Shown here: positions 1 to 8,528 of the stretch, one piece after another
How positions within the stretch are numbered: position 1 is the stretch's first letter
Layout of the letters: every line of letters starts with the position of its first letter
Assembly (NCBI GenBank): GCA_043228905.1
Contig: JBHGNT010000465.1
Span: 1-23,793, forward strand
DNA: 23,793 bases
Direction: 5' to 3'
From: Azolla caroliniana
Taxonomy: Eukaryota > Plantae > Polypodiophyta
The notes under the pieces: model-generated
The model's input: the letters and a program-made list of their open reading frames with translations, nothing else
Database searches by the model: none
Told to the model about the DNA's origin: nothing
Made by a program: the position numbers and the translations under genes

Positions 1-1932
1 CGCAAAAGCCGCACCACTATCGAGCACCTTCGTCTCCATCCGTGAAGCCGTGATAAAGGGTTGGCCGAGGATGACAGAATGTGAAACCTCATCCTGCACA
101 AAGAAATTTTGGTCAATTTCGACATCCCCGATCTTTACCGTCACATCCGGACAAGCCGCAAATAGGTCTTCTGTCGTTTTCGTGGCTGCCCGAATCTTCC
201 ATCCATGGTTGGTGTTTATAGGCCACTTCCCCTTTCGGTAGAACTCCTTGGACATCAAGTTGATCTCCGATCCGTGATCAATCAATGCTAGCACGGGTTC
301 TTTGATGTTGCCGATTCGGACCGGAGTCTCCGTAGTTGCACGTGCCCAGTGTGGCCTTGTATAGTGGGAGTTCGGAATTTCGCCTTCCACTTCGGTGTCG
401 TTCATCGAAACGGTATTTGCATTCACCCTTGGAGCATTTTCCTCCGTACTTTGTCTCTTCCTTTTCACGAGATCCACGAGAAGATCGTGAAACTCCTTCT
501 TCGCTATTCCGAGTAGTTCCCGCAGCGAAAAATCTACCCGGCTATCCAAGATTCTTTCCTCGAACACTCTTTTCAAGTCGGTTTGTTGTTCTATGTCCGA
601 GGCGAGCTTGAATGCCGGAGTCGCCTTTTCTTTTCCCTTACCTCCGGAGTTCCAGCTTTCCGGTATCTTCGATGGTCCGGCCGCATCCTCCGTGCGCCGT
701 CGTTTCTCGTCCACATACACCTCATGTAATTGACACAGGGCGTATATGCTATTCTTGTCGACAGGGCACTCCCATCCCGTAGCTTCCCGGACGCCTTCCG
801 CGGCGTTTCGGATATCGTTGGAGTCGGTTTTCTCGGTGTTTCCTAGCACCTCCGGCCAGAAAGACGCCTTCGCTCCCGATGACTCCCCGACACATATTCC
901 CGCGGTTGTCGCATAGTTGCTTCTTGCCGCTAACTCCTCCTCGAGCACCTTCTTCATGCCGCCTTTCCGGAAGTTCGGTCGGAGTGGCTTCCGAGAGTCC
1001 ATCGAATGAATCCGGTTTCCCTCGTAGTAGATGAGATCCCGTCGTAGTGCCTCCTTATGGTCGTCGCAATCCCTCCGATCGTGTTCGGCGCTATCGCACC
1101 ATATGCACCGTCGATCCGTATATTTGGAGCTTGTGGGGCGGTCATCCGACTTCTTCACCATCGCGATCTTTAGATTCTCCATCTCCTTCAGCAGCTGCTC
1201 CACCGTAGACGCGTCGACTCCCTTCTCGGCCGTAATCTCCCGAGCCCTCGGTTGATGGTCTTCCAGTCCCGTTCTCGGTTTCGGAATCGGTTCCGAAACC
1301 CTCTTTTCTTCGTTGGCAAGCCATTGCCCCCTCTTCGTGTACCGCGCTACGATATCCCGCACGCTTTCCCATGTTTCGGTGAGGCCGCTTTCGGTGGTCG
1401 TGTCCTCAAGAAGCACTCCGAGATCTTTCCGGTCCCGGACGTCCACAGCTCGCAAAAACATGATGACTTTGTCCGGTGCAAGAATAGTTTGATCTCTCGC
1501 GGACAACCTCCCGAACCGACTTTCGAATGTCGAAAACACTTCGAGGACCTTCAGCCCCTTACCTGACGTTTCCACCCAATCCTCGAATCCCCTCCGCGTT
1601 GCCTTGGAGGAGTCCTCGATGGCAAACGTGGTCTTTAACGCCTCTTCGAATGCTTCCCACGTCGGATTTTGTTGTTGCAACCCGTGGATACTCCCTTGAA
1701 GCCCTTCGGTCGCCACCCGGTTAAAGGATGTCACTTGCAGTCCTTCCGAAGCCCGGCACTGGAGCATCTCCGCCTTGTAGTCCTGCAAATATCGCGACAC
1801 ATCCTTACCATTAAATTGCCCGTTGCGTTGCACGAGCCGCTCTACTGATGCCGAAATCTCCGACATCGTGCGTTGTTCTTGAAGCATCCGTTCGAACATC
1901 GCCATCATATTGTTAGCTTGTTGAGCCTCCAT
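1..1932 (-). CDS. gag: Gag-protease polyprotein of family A (partial, runs off window edge)
   Basis: Same frame as 14631-16670. ATG at 1932 (MEAQQANN), CCHC knuckle CIWCDSAEHDRRDC, protease motif ALIDHGSEINL at 271-279, no stops seen. Confidence 0.92.
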   Translation of the reverse strand, partial: MEAQQANNMMAMFERMLQEQRTMSEISASVERLVQRNGQFNGKDVSRYLQDYKAEMLQCRASEGLQVTSFNRVATEGLQGSIHGLQQQNPTWEAFEEALKTTFAIEDSSKATRRGFEDWVETSGKGLKVLEVFSTFESRFGRLSARDQTILAPDKVIMFLRAVDVRDRKDLGVLLEDTTTESGLTETWESVRDIVARYTKRGQWLANEEKRVSEPIPKPRTGLEDHQPRAREITAEKGVDASTVEQLLKEMENLKIAMVKKSDDRPTSSKYTDRRCIWCDSAEHDRRDCDDHKEALRRDLIYYEGNRIHSMDSRKPLRPNFRKGGMKKVLEEELAARSNYATTAGICVGESSGAKASFWPEVLGNTEKTDSNDIRNAAEGVREATGWECPVDKNSIYALCQLHEVYVDEKRRRTEDAAGPSKIPESWNSGGKGKEKATPAFKLASDIEQQTDLKRVFEERILDSRVDFSLRELLGIAKKEFHDLLVDLVKRKRQSTEENAPRVNANTVSMNDTEVEGEIPNSHYTRPHWARATTETPVRIGNIKEPVLALIDHGSEINLMSKEFYRKGKWPINTNHGWKIRAATKTTEDLFAACPDVTVKIGDVEIDQNFFVQDEVSHSVILGQPFITASRMETKVLDSGAAFA

Positions 1933-1948
1933 CTCCTTGCCACCCGTC

Positions 1949-1966
1949 TTCACGTCGGGTTCACCA
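1949..1966 (-). promoter_or_regulatory. Primer binding site, tRNA-Trp type (TGGTGAACCCGACGTGAA)
   Basis: Lies 4 nt inside the 5' LTR end. The plus strand TTCACGTCGGGTTCACCA equals the 3' 18 nt of plant cytosolic tRNA-Trp(CCA) as I recall it. Confidence 0.85.
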
Positions 1967-2507
1967 ACTGTGTCGTGCCTTTCGGCTTCGGATCGTTGCG
2001 TGAGTCGGGTGGGAACCACAGAGGTCTTGGACTAGGAGAAAGAAGTTCGTGAGATAGAGATTAATTATGAGTAAATAGCAAAGAGAAAGACAAGAAACTC
2101 GTGAATCACACGAGTATACTATATTAATTGGTACTTAGGGTGTTAAGAGAGAAGTAGATGTATAAATCGTGAATCCCACGAATAATTTTTATATTGATTA
2201 ATACTTAATCCAAATAATCAACAACAACTACAATGTGCTCCCCATCCTTATATAGTGATGGGAGAGACTAAGCATAGCTACATGCTTTTTCTCATATGTT
2301 CATGCACACTAAATGTGCATGTGATGCTTTTTATTTTATTTTATTTCCTAAGTATAGGGCTCATGCACGCTAGATGTGCATGAGTTATTTTTAGTGTCTC
2401 GTGTTTTTTCTTTTTCATATATTAAAGAAATACACGATTTACCTTTTAATAAAGGTATGCATAAATAAAGGTCTTATACATATTAAATCTATATTTAAAA
2501 CACTTAA

Positions 2508-2579
2508 GATAATTTAATGTAATGGTAAGGTTGGGGTTTGTCAACGTGGAGGTGCAGAGTTTGAATCACGCCTTGCGCA
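2508..2579 (+). other. tRNA-like Pol III A-box/B-box cassette in U3 of A1 LTR (antisense to element)
   Basis: TAATGTAATGG (2515-2525), AGGTG and GAGTTTGAATC sit at canonical tRNA spacing, followed by T5 at 2599-2603. The stems do not pair, so this is not a functional tRNA. Confidence 0.55.
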
Positions 2580-2630
2580 GTAGTGAGTATTTCCTTTCTT
2601 TTTACATTTATGTCTCTTTATCCGGCTCTT

Positions 2631-2696
2631 CCTTGCCGGTATGCCGTTTTCTTCCTTGCCGGTATGCCGTTTTCCTCCTTGCCGGTATGCCGTTTT
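2631..2696. repeat. 23-bp tandem repeat (CCTTGCCGGTATGCCGTTTTCYT) x3 in LTR U3
   Basis: Units start at 2631, 2654 and 2677. Confidence 0.95.
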
Positions 2697-2781
2697 GTTC
2701 CGGTTCTCACCGAGCACTCCATTCTCTATCCGGAGGGACATAAATATAATTTCCACATAGTGTGCAACCTACACTACGACA

Positions 2782-3566
2782 ACGGATGTGTGTCAGGTAG
2801 ACACGAAGTCACATGCCGGAGTGCAGTACTTCGTGACGTTCATAGATGACCACAACCGGAAGTTGTGGGCCACACCGTTGAAGACGAAGGATCAGGTGTT
2901 ATCTGTCTTCAAAGAGCTCCACGCGAGAGTGGAAAGAGAAACCGGCCGGAAGCTGAAGGCGGTTCGAGCAGATAACAGAGGAGAATATCGGGGGCAGTTC
3001 GAGGAGTACTGCCGCTCGAAGGGAATCCGGCTTGAATTTACCGTGCCGAAGACGCCGTAACTAAACGGGCTGGCCGAGAGGATGAACCGGACCATAATGG
3101 AGAGGGTCCGGAGTATGCTAGCGCATGCAAAACTACCCAAGAAGTTTTGGGCTGAGGCACTGTCGACGGCGACATATGTGATAAATAGATCACCCTCAGT
3201 ACCCTTGGACGGAGACACGCCACAGAGAGTGTGGACTGGTAAGGAAGTATCCTATCGGCATTTGAAGGTGTTCGGGTGTCTCGCGTACGTGCATATAGCT
3301 AAGGACCGGGGAGGAAAGTTAGATCCAAAGACCCGGCCATGCATATTCCTCGGATACGGCGACGATGAGTTCGACTACCGAGTGTGGGACCCGGTCGACA
3401 AGAAGGTATTCCGGAGTCGAGATATTATCTTCATGGAGGACAAGACGCTCGCCGACTAGGAGTCGGAGAAGAAGATAATGAACTCCGAGTCAACCGGTAA
3501 GGATAGACTCTACAATGAACAGACCCAACCGGCAAGAGACCGGTTAGCACTCGAGGAGCCAGCCGG
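2782..3566 (+). pseudogene. Ty1/Copia integrase core fragment (Tnt1/Tork-like), degenerate
   Basis: Reads YFVTFIDD...VRADNRGEY...TVPKTP*LNGLAERMNRTIMERVRSML...FWAEALSTA...GKLDPKTRPCIFLGY...SRDIIFME. In-frame stops at 3058-3060 and 3457-3459. Confidence 0.93.
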
Positions 3567-3842
3567 TTACTTTCTTAAGCGTTCAAGTACTTTCCGGACA
3601 TGTATATCATGCTCCTCTTGTGTTTTAGAGTAAATCAATAGATCATCTAAATAGATTATGAGAAAGATATCTAGAAAATCCCGGAAAATGTCATTTGCCA
3701 TATGTTGGAAAACTGTGGGTGCATTTGTGAGCCCAAAAGGCATGATTGTATACTTGAAATGACCATACCGAGTGCGAAATGCCATTTTCCACTCATCTCT
3801 CGATCGAATGCGAACAAGATTATATGCACTCCTTAAATCAAT
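3567..3842 (-). pseudogene. Ty3/Gypsy chromovirus-type reverse transcriptase fragment
   Basis: Reads [40 protein letters not shown]...[12 protein letters not shown]. Paralogous to, but diverged from, the RT of element B (~11300-11573). Confidence 0.92.
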
Positions 3843-4548
3843 AATAAAAGAAGACGAAGAAATCGTGGGAGTAATCGAGGAAGTGTTCTATGGGAATACA
3901 CTACAACGGCTTGAAGAGCTTGCGGAAGATAAAAGCCAAGGGAACCGGGTAGTCCCGGTGGAATCGGTCGAGATGTACGAGATCGTTGCGAAAATGGGGC
4001 CGGATGCGCTCCGCAAAGAAGAAGCAATGGTAAGTACGAAATACAAGACCGTGGAGAAGAAGGTGAAACCGGCCGCGGGACCACTACCCGCCGATAGCGA
4101 ACAAAAGAAGAAAGAAGTCTCGGGAGAACCGACACTTCGGAAGTCCGTGGATATCGGACATGCCTTCACAGATGAGACCCGGAAGAAACTTCGGATCGGT
4201 GGAGGTGGGTTCCTCTTACAAGAAGAAGAAAAACGGTTTCGAGAGATGTTGGAGCAACACGGCAAAGCATTCGCGTTCACATCGAGGGAGATCGGATGCA
4301 TTGATCCAAAGATAGTGGAGCCGATGGTGATTTTCACGATCGATCATGTACCGTGGAACCTGAAGCCGATTCCGGTGCCACGGGCGCATATTCCGAAAGT
4401 CATCGACTTGCTCAAGGAGAAGGTGGCGATGGGGATTCTAGAGCCATCAAGTGCTCCGTACTCAAATCGATGGTTTACGGTTCCGAAGAAGAATGGGTCA
4501 CTCCGATTCATCCAAGACTTGCAACCGGTGAACAAGGTCACGATCCGG
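3837..4548 (+). pseudogene. Family A pol fragment (pre-RT region and RT N-terminus), opposite orientation to A2
   Basis: Near-identical reverse complement of 14195-14452 joined to 8070-8528, i.e. the uninterrupted version of the site where B inserted. Cut at 4548 by a family-A LTR. Confidence 0.95.
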
Positions 4549-5370
4549 TGTCGTGCCTTTCGGCTCCGGATCGTTGCGTGAGTCGGGTGGGGACCACAGA
4601 GGTCTTGGACTAGGAGAAAGAAGTTCGTGAGATAGAGATTAATTATGAGTAAATAGCAAAGAGAAAGATAAGAAACTCGTGAATCACACGAGTATACTAT
4701 ATTAATTGGTACTTAGGGTGTTAAGAGAGAAGTAGACGTATAAATCGTGAATCCCACGAATAATTTTTGTATTGATTAATACTTAATCCAAATAATCAAC
4801 AACCCTTTACATATTTCTCTCCTCCTTATATAAGGAAGGAAGAGCTAAGCATGGCTTCCTGTTTTTTTTTTATAAAAAGTGTTCATGTCCACTAAATGTG
4901 CATGTGATGCTTTTTTATTCCCTAAGTATAGGGCTCATGCACGCTAGATGTGCATGAGTTATTTTTTAGTGTCTCGTCTTTTTCATATAAAAAATACACG
5001 ATTTACCTTTTAATAAAGGTATGCATAAATAAAGGTCTTATATGTATTAAATCTATATTTAAAACACTTAAGATAAGTTAATGTAATGGTAAGGTTGGGG
5101 TTTGTCAACGTGGAGGTGTAGAGTTCGAATCACGCCCTGCGCAGTAGTGACTATTTCCTTTTTCTTTTACATTTATGTCTCTTTATCCGGCTCTTCCTTG
5201 CCGGTATGCCGTTTTCTTCCTTGCCGGTATGCCGTTTTCCTCCTTGCCGGTATGCCGTTTTTCCTCCTTGCCGGTATGCCGTTTTCTTCCGGTTCTCACC
5301 GAGCACTCCATTCTCTATCCGGAGGGACAAAAATATAATTTCCACATAGTGTGCAACCTACACTACGACA
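4549..5370 (-). repeat. 3' LTR of A2 (822 bp, divergent sub-variant)
   Basis: Same termini as the other A LTRs and directly follows the PPT. The block around the TATA box (~4804-4880) differs from both 5' LTRs. Four copies of the 23-bp repeat (5196, 5219, 5242, 5266). Confidence 0.95.
5072..5143 (+). other. tRNA-like Pol III A-box/B-box cassette in 3' LTR of A2
   Basis: A-box-like TAATGTAATGG 5079-5089, consensus B box GAGTTCGAATC 5121-5131, canonical tRNA spacing, T5 at 5159-5163. Confidence 0.6.
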
Positions 5371-8300
5371 CTCGCCCCCTCCAAACCCGCACATCCTCCG
5401 GTATGTGCCGAAGTTCTTGATTCTTCGTATCCGTCTTCATCCGAAGCTTCCTCCGATTCTCCCCTTATGTCGACTATGAGTTGTAATCCACTTTCTTCGC
5501 TTCCCGCATCATTGTGGTCTTCGTCCGATTGCTCCTCGTTGTCGGCCTCGACTTGGATCACATAAGGTTTGTCGTCGGTCCGCTTCTTGAAAATCTTCAC
5601 CCGTTTCCCGGCTATAGGCACTCGTAGTATTGTTCCATCCAACTCGGACAGTCGGTACGTCCCGTTGTCGAAGACCTTCCGAACCTCGTACGGCCCGAAC
5701 CACCTTTTCGCGAATTTCCGCATCGTTGTATGTTGATGGTCCAAGCTACTATCATAGACGATCACCCAATCTCCTTCTTCAATCCTCCTCGGTCGTAGTC
5801 GGTGCTTTGTGTCGAACCGGCTTTTGTTCCGGAACCGTGCTTCTTGTTGTCGGCGTGACGCTTCCGCTACATCTTTCGGTCTTCCCTCCAGTTGTCGTAT
5901 CCGGACCGCTAGTAGTTCTTCCCGGCTCATCTCTTCCTTCCACGGTAGTATTGTCCATGTCGCGATTGCGGTTTCCGTTGGCATTACCGGTGCTTGTCCG
6001 GTCATGAGTTCTGCCGGCATGTAACCGGTCACGGAGCTATGCGTCGTCCGATCCGCCCATAGTGCATACGGAAGCATTTGTGGCCAATCCTTCACCCTTC
6101 CGTCGCATGCCTTCGCAAGTGCTTTCACGATCGGACTATGTCCTCGTTCGATCTTTCCGTTGGCCTCCGGATTGTAGGCCGTTGTCAACGTTAACCGAAC
6201 TCCATGTTTGGCGAAGAATCCCCTAGCTTTGTCCGAGTCGAGTTCTCCCCGGTCCGCAATCACTTGTCCTACGCAGCCGTACCTACAAAACACTTCTTCC
6301 AAAAGAAATTGGCACACCGCGGCACACGTTTTCCTCCGAAGCGCTCGACCTTCAACTTGGTTTGTGAGATCTTCTCGAGCTAACACCAAGTATTTCTTTT
6401 GTCCAATCCCGGTCGGCATAGCTACAATGTCGACCATCCACTTGAAGTTGATTGTCGGTGAGAATGTCGGATGCAGCTCATCTCGGTGTCGGACCCCGGA
6501 GTAGACTTGACATTTCTCGCAGCTTTCTGTGAACTCCGCGACATCTTTATACATGTTCTTCCACCAATATCTTTGCTTGATTTTCACAAAAGTTGCCCAT
6601 GTTCCTCGATGTCCAGCCCAATCGGATTCGTGGAACTCGGACATTATCCGGTTTCGTTGCTCTTTCGTCCCGACTACTCGAAGTGGTATCCCATCCGGTC
6701 TTTTCGGCGTCCTCCATATTAAACCGTTTTCCAAGAAGAACTTTTGGACTTGCCTCTTCTTCCTTCGGATCTCGGCTCTCCTTTCTTTATCATTGGTTGA
6801 ATCCTCGACCTCTTGTAGCATCTTCCCGATCATCAAGGTTTCCCCCTCGTATTCTTCTTCCCGGAATTCTCGGATCACGTTCACTCGGCATATGTGTTCT
6901 GACGTGAAGTAATCTTCGGAAACTTCTTCATTATCTGATTCGGTTATGTCGTCTTCAAACCGCGCCCTCGATAACATGTCCGCTACCGCGTTGTCCTTCC
7001 CCGAGATGTGTCGAACCTCCGGATTAAGTGACTTGACATATGCAATCCACCTTAGCATAGCCACATCCGGTATCGTACAACACCGCATCATCCCGAGTAT
7101 CGGAAGACAATCCGTCTCGATCACCACTTCAGCTCCGATCAAATAATCCCGATCCGATTTTATCACCGACACGACTCCCCACAATTCTCTTTTGACTTGT
7201 GCATATCCGCGTTGCCTTTCGTTGAGGACCTTTGCTCCAAATCGGATCGGATACCGCGAACCATCCGAGTCGGCTTGATTGATGACCCACCCGATACCGG
7301 TTGGACTTGTATCAACCGTTACTATGATTGGCCGCTCGTAGCTTGGCTTCTTAAGTGATTCCGCCCTCCATAGTGTCTTCTTGAGCTTCCTCATGGCTTT
7401 AGTGTGTTCCGGTTTCCACTCGAATTTCTTACCTTTCCGCAACAAGTGATAGAGCGGGTCCGCTATATGTGCATAGTGCGGAATCCATATGTGATAGAAT
7501 GCACACGCACCCAGAAACCTTCGGACTTCCGATGTTGACTCACATACTTCCTTCATAGCTTGAATCGCATCGATCTTTGTTGGTGACGGTCTTCGGCCGT
7601 AGGGTCCACATAGATGTCCGACCACCAATATTTCTTCTTGCCCGAATGCCGATTTCTCCCCGGAAAGTGTTAGGTGCACATCTTCTAGCTTTCGCAACAC
7701 TTTCTCGCAATCATGAATATGGTCGACCACGAACTTTCGGCATCCCCGATCATCCATAGTCTCATCTTTTTCTTCCACCGCGCATCCTTTCATCGGAATG
7801 TCATCTAGAAACGGCATCGTTATCTCCGGAATGCAATCTCGAAGCACCTTGTTCATCGCGTTCATCATATGTGCAACCGAGTTTGTCGCTCCTTGTGGTA
7901 GTGTGCACATTCGAACTAGTCCTATCGGTGTCCGCATGGTAGTGATGTCTCGGCTCTCCACGGCTAGTTGGAATTGGTCATACCCCGAGTATAGGTCCCC
8001 GATGGAGTATATCGCACGTCCGGCAAAAGCTTCCGCGAATTCGTCCACTATCGGACCGACTCCCGAGTTCCGGATCGTGACCTTGTTCACCGGTTGCAAG
8101 TCTTGGATGAATCGGAGTGACCCATTCTTTTTCGGAACCGTAAACCATCGATTTGAGTACGGAGCACTTGATGGCTCTAGAATCCCCATCGCCACCTTCT
8201 CCTTGAGCAAGTCGATGACTTTCGGAATATGCGCCCGTGGCACCGGAATCGGCTTCAGGTTGCACGGTACATGATCGATCGTGAAAATCACCATCGGCTC

Positions 8301-8528
8301 CACTATCTTTGGATCAATGCATCCGATCTCCCTCGATGTGAACGCGAATGCTTTGCCGTGTTGCTCCAACATCTCTCGAAACCGTTTTTCTTCTTCTTGT
8401 AAGAGGAACCCACCTCCACCGATCCGAAGTTTCTTCCGGGTCTCATCTGTGAAGGCATGTCCGATATCCACGGACTTCCGAAGTGTCGGATCTCCCGAGA
8501 CTTCTTTCTTCTTTTGTGCGCTATCGGC
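5358..8528 (-). CDS. pol: Family A Pol, 3' part: RT - RNase H - integrase (separated from its N-terminus by insertion of B)
   Basis: RT motifs DLYSGYDQ, LPQGATNS, FLDD. RNase H motifs VDTS, KREL, ETDC, ADMLSR. Integrase HHCC (H..WAGH...CEKC), DDE and GPY. Acidic tail. The stop lies 13 nt inside the 3' LTR. Confidence 0.95.
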   Translation of the reverse strand, partial: ADSAQKKKEVSGDPTLRKSVDIGHAFTDETRKKLRIGGGGFLLQEEEKRFREMLEQHGKAFAFTSREIGCIDPKIVEPMVIFTIDHVPCNLKPIPVPRAHIPKVIDLLKEKVAMGILEPSSAPYSNRWFTVPKKNGSLRFIQDLQPVNKVTIRNSGVGPIVDEFAEAFAGRAIYSIGDLYSGYDQFQLAVESRDITTMRTPIGLVRMCTLPQGATNSVAHMMNAMNKVLRDCIPEITMPFLDDIPMKGCAVEEKDETMDDRGCRKFVVDHIHDCEKVLRKLEDVHLTLSGEKSAFGQEEILVVGHLCGPYGRRPSPTKIDAIQAMKEVCESTSEVRRFLGACAFYHIWIPHYAHIADPLYHLLRKGKKFEWKPEHTKAMRKLKKTLWRAESLKKPSYERPIIVTVDTSPTGIGWVINQADSDGSRYPIRFGAKVLNERQRGYAQVKRELWGVVSVIKSDRDYLIGAEVVIETDCLPILGMMRCCTIPDVAMLRWIAYVKSLNPEVRHISGKDNAVADMLSRARFEDDITESDNEEVSEDYFTSEHICRVNVIREFREEEYEGETLMIGKMLQEVEDSTNDKERRAEIRRKKRQVQKFFLENGLIWRTPKRPDGIPLRVVGTKEQRNRIMSEFHESDWAGHRGTWATFVKIKQRYWWKNMYKDVAEFTESCEKCQVYSGVRHRDELHPTFSPTINFKWMVDIVAMPTGIGQKKYLVLAREDLTNQVEGRALRRKTCAAVCQFLLEEVFCRYGCVGQVIADRGELDSDKARGFFAKHGVRLTLTTAYNPEANGKIERGHSPIVKALAKACDGRVKDWPQMLPYALWADRTTHSSVTGYMPAELMTGQAPVMPTETAIATWTILPWKEEMSREELLAVRIRQLEGRPKDVAEASRRQQEARFRNKSRFDTKHRLRPRRIEEGDWVIVYDSSLDHQHTTMRKFAKRWFGPYEVRKVFDNGTYRLSELDGTILRVPIAGKRVKIFKKRTDDKPYVIQVEADNEEQSDEDHNDAGSEESGLQLIVDIRGESEEASDEDGYEESRTSAHTGGCAGLEGASVVV
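5371..5382 (-). promoter_or_regulatory. Polypurine tract of family A (GGAGGGGGCGAG)
   Basis: Abuts the TG start of the 3' LTR. Confidence 0.9.

Larger units (their letters stand above)
1..2781 (-). mobile_element. Ty3/Gypsy non-chromovirus LTR retrotransposon, family A copy A1 (5' LTR + PBS + gag-protease; continues beyond left edge of window)
   Basis: Near-identical to 14739-17550 (offset 14738; I saw only 4 substitutions in ~1.95 kb of gag). LTR termini are TGTCGT...ACGACA. The right flank differs from that of A2, so this is an independent insertion. Confidence 0.95.
1971..2781 (-). repeat. 5' LTR of A1 (811 bp)
   Basis: Homologous to 4549-5370 and 16709-17550. TG...CA ends with a 6-bp inverted terminus TGTCGT/ACGACA. 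TATA-like TATATAA near 2248-2254. Confidence 0.95.

Noticed and set aside
2631-2696. CRISPR-like array
   Set aside because: Head-to-tail 23-bp units with no unique spacers, inside a eukaryotic LTR, and no cas genes.
1-2781. Segmental duplication explaining the 14,738-bp-spaced repeat
   Set aside because: Identity stops at the LTR end apart from a 3-nt ACG match, and the flanks are unrelated, so these are independent insertions.
2522-2849. Short repetitive ORFs in family A LTRs (also 5102-5420 and 17260-17675)
   Set aside because: By-products of the 23-bp repeat; the frames differ between copies.
3772-4581. 269-aa ORF as a gene
   Set aside because: It is a chance fusion of the antisense RT scrap, a family-A pol fragment and the LTR end.
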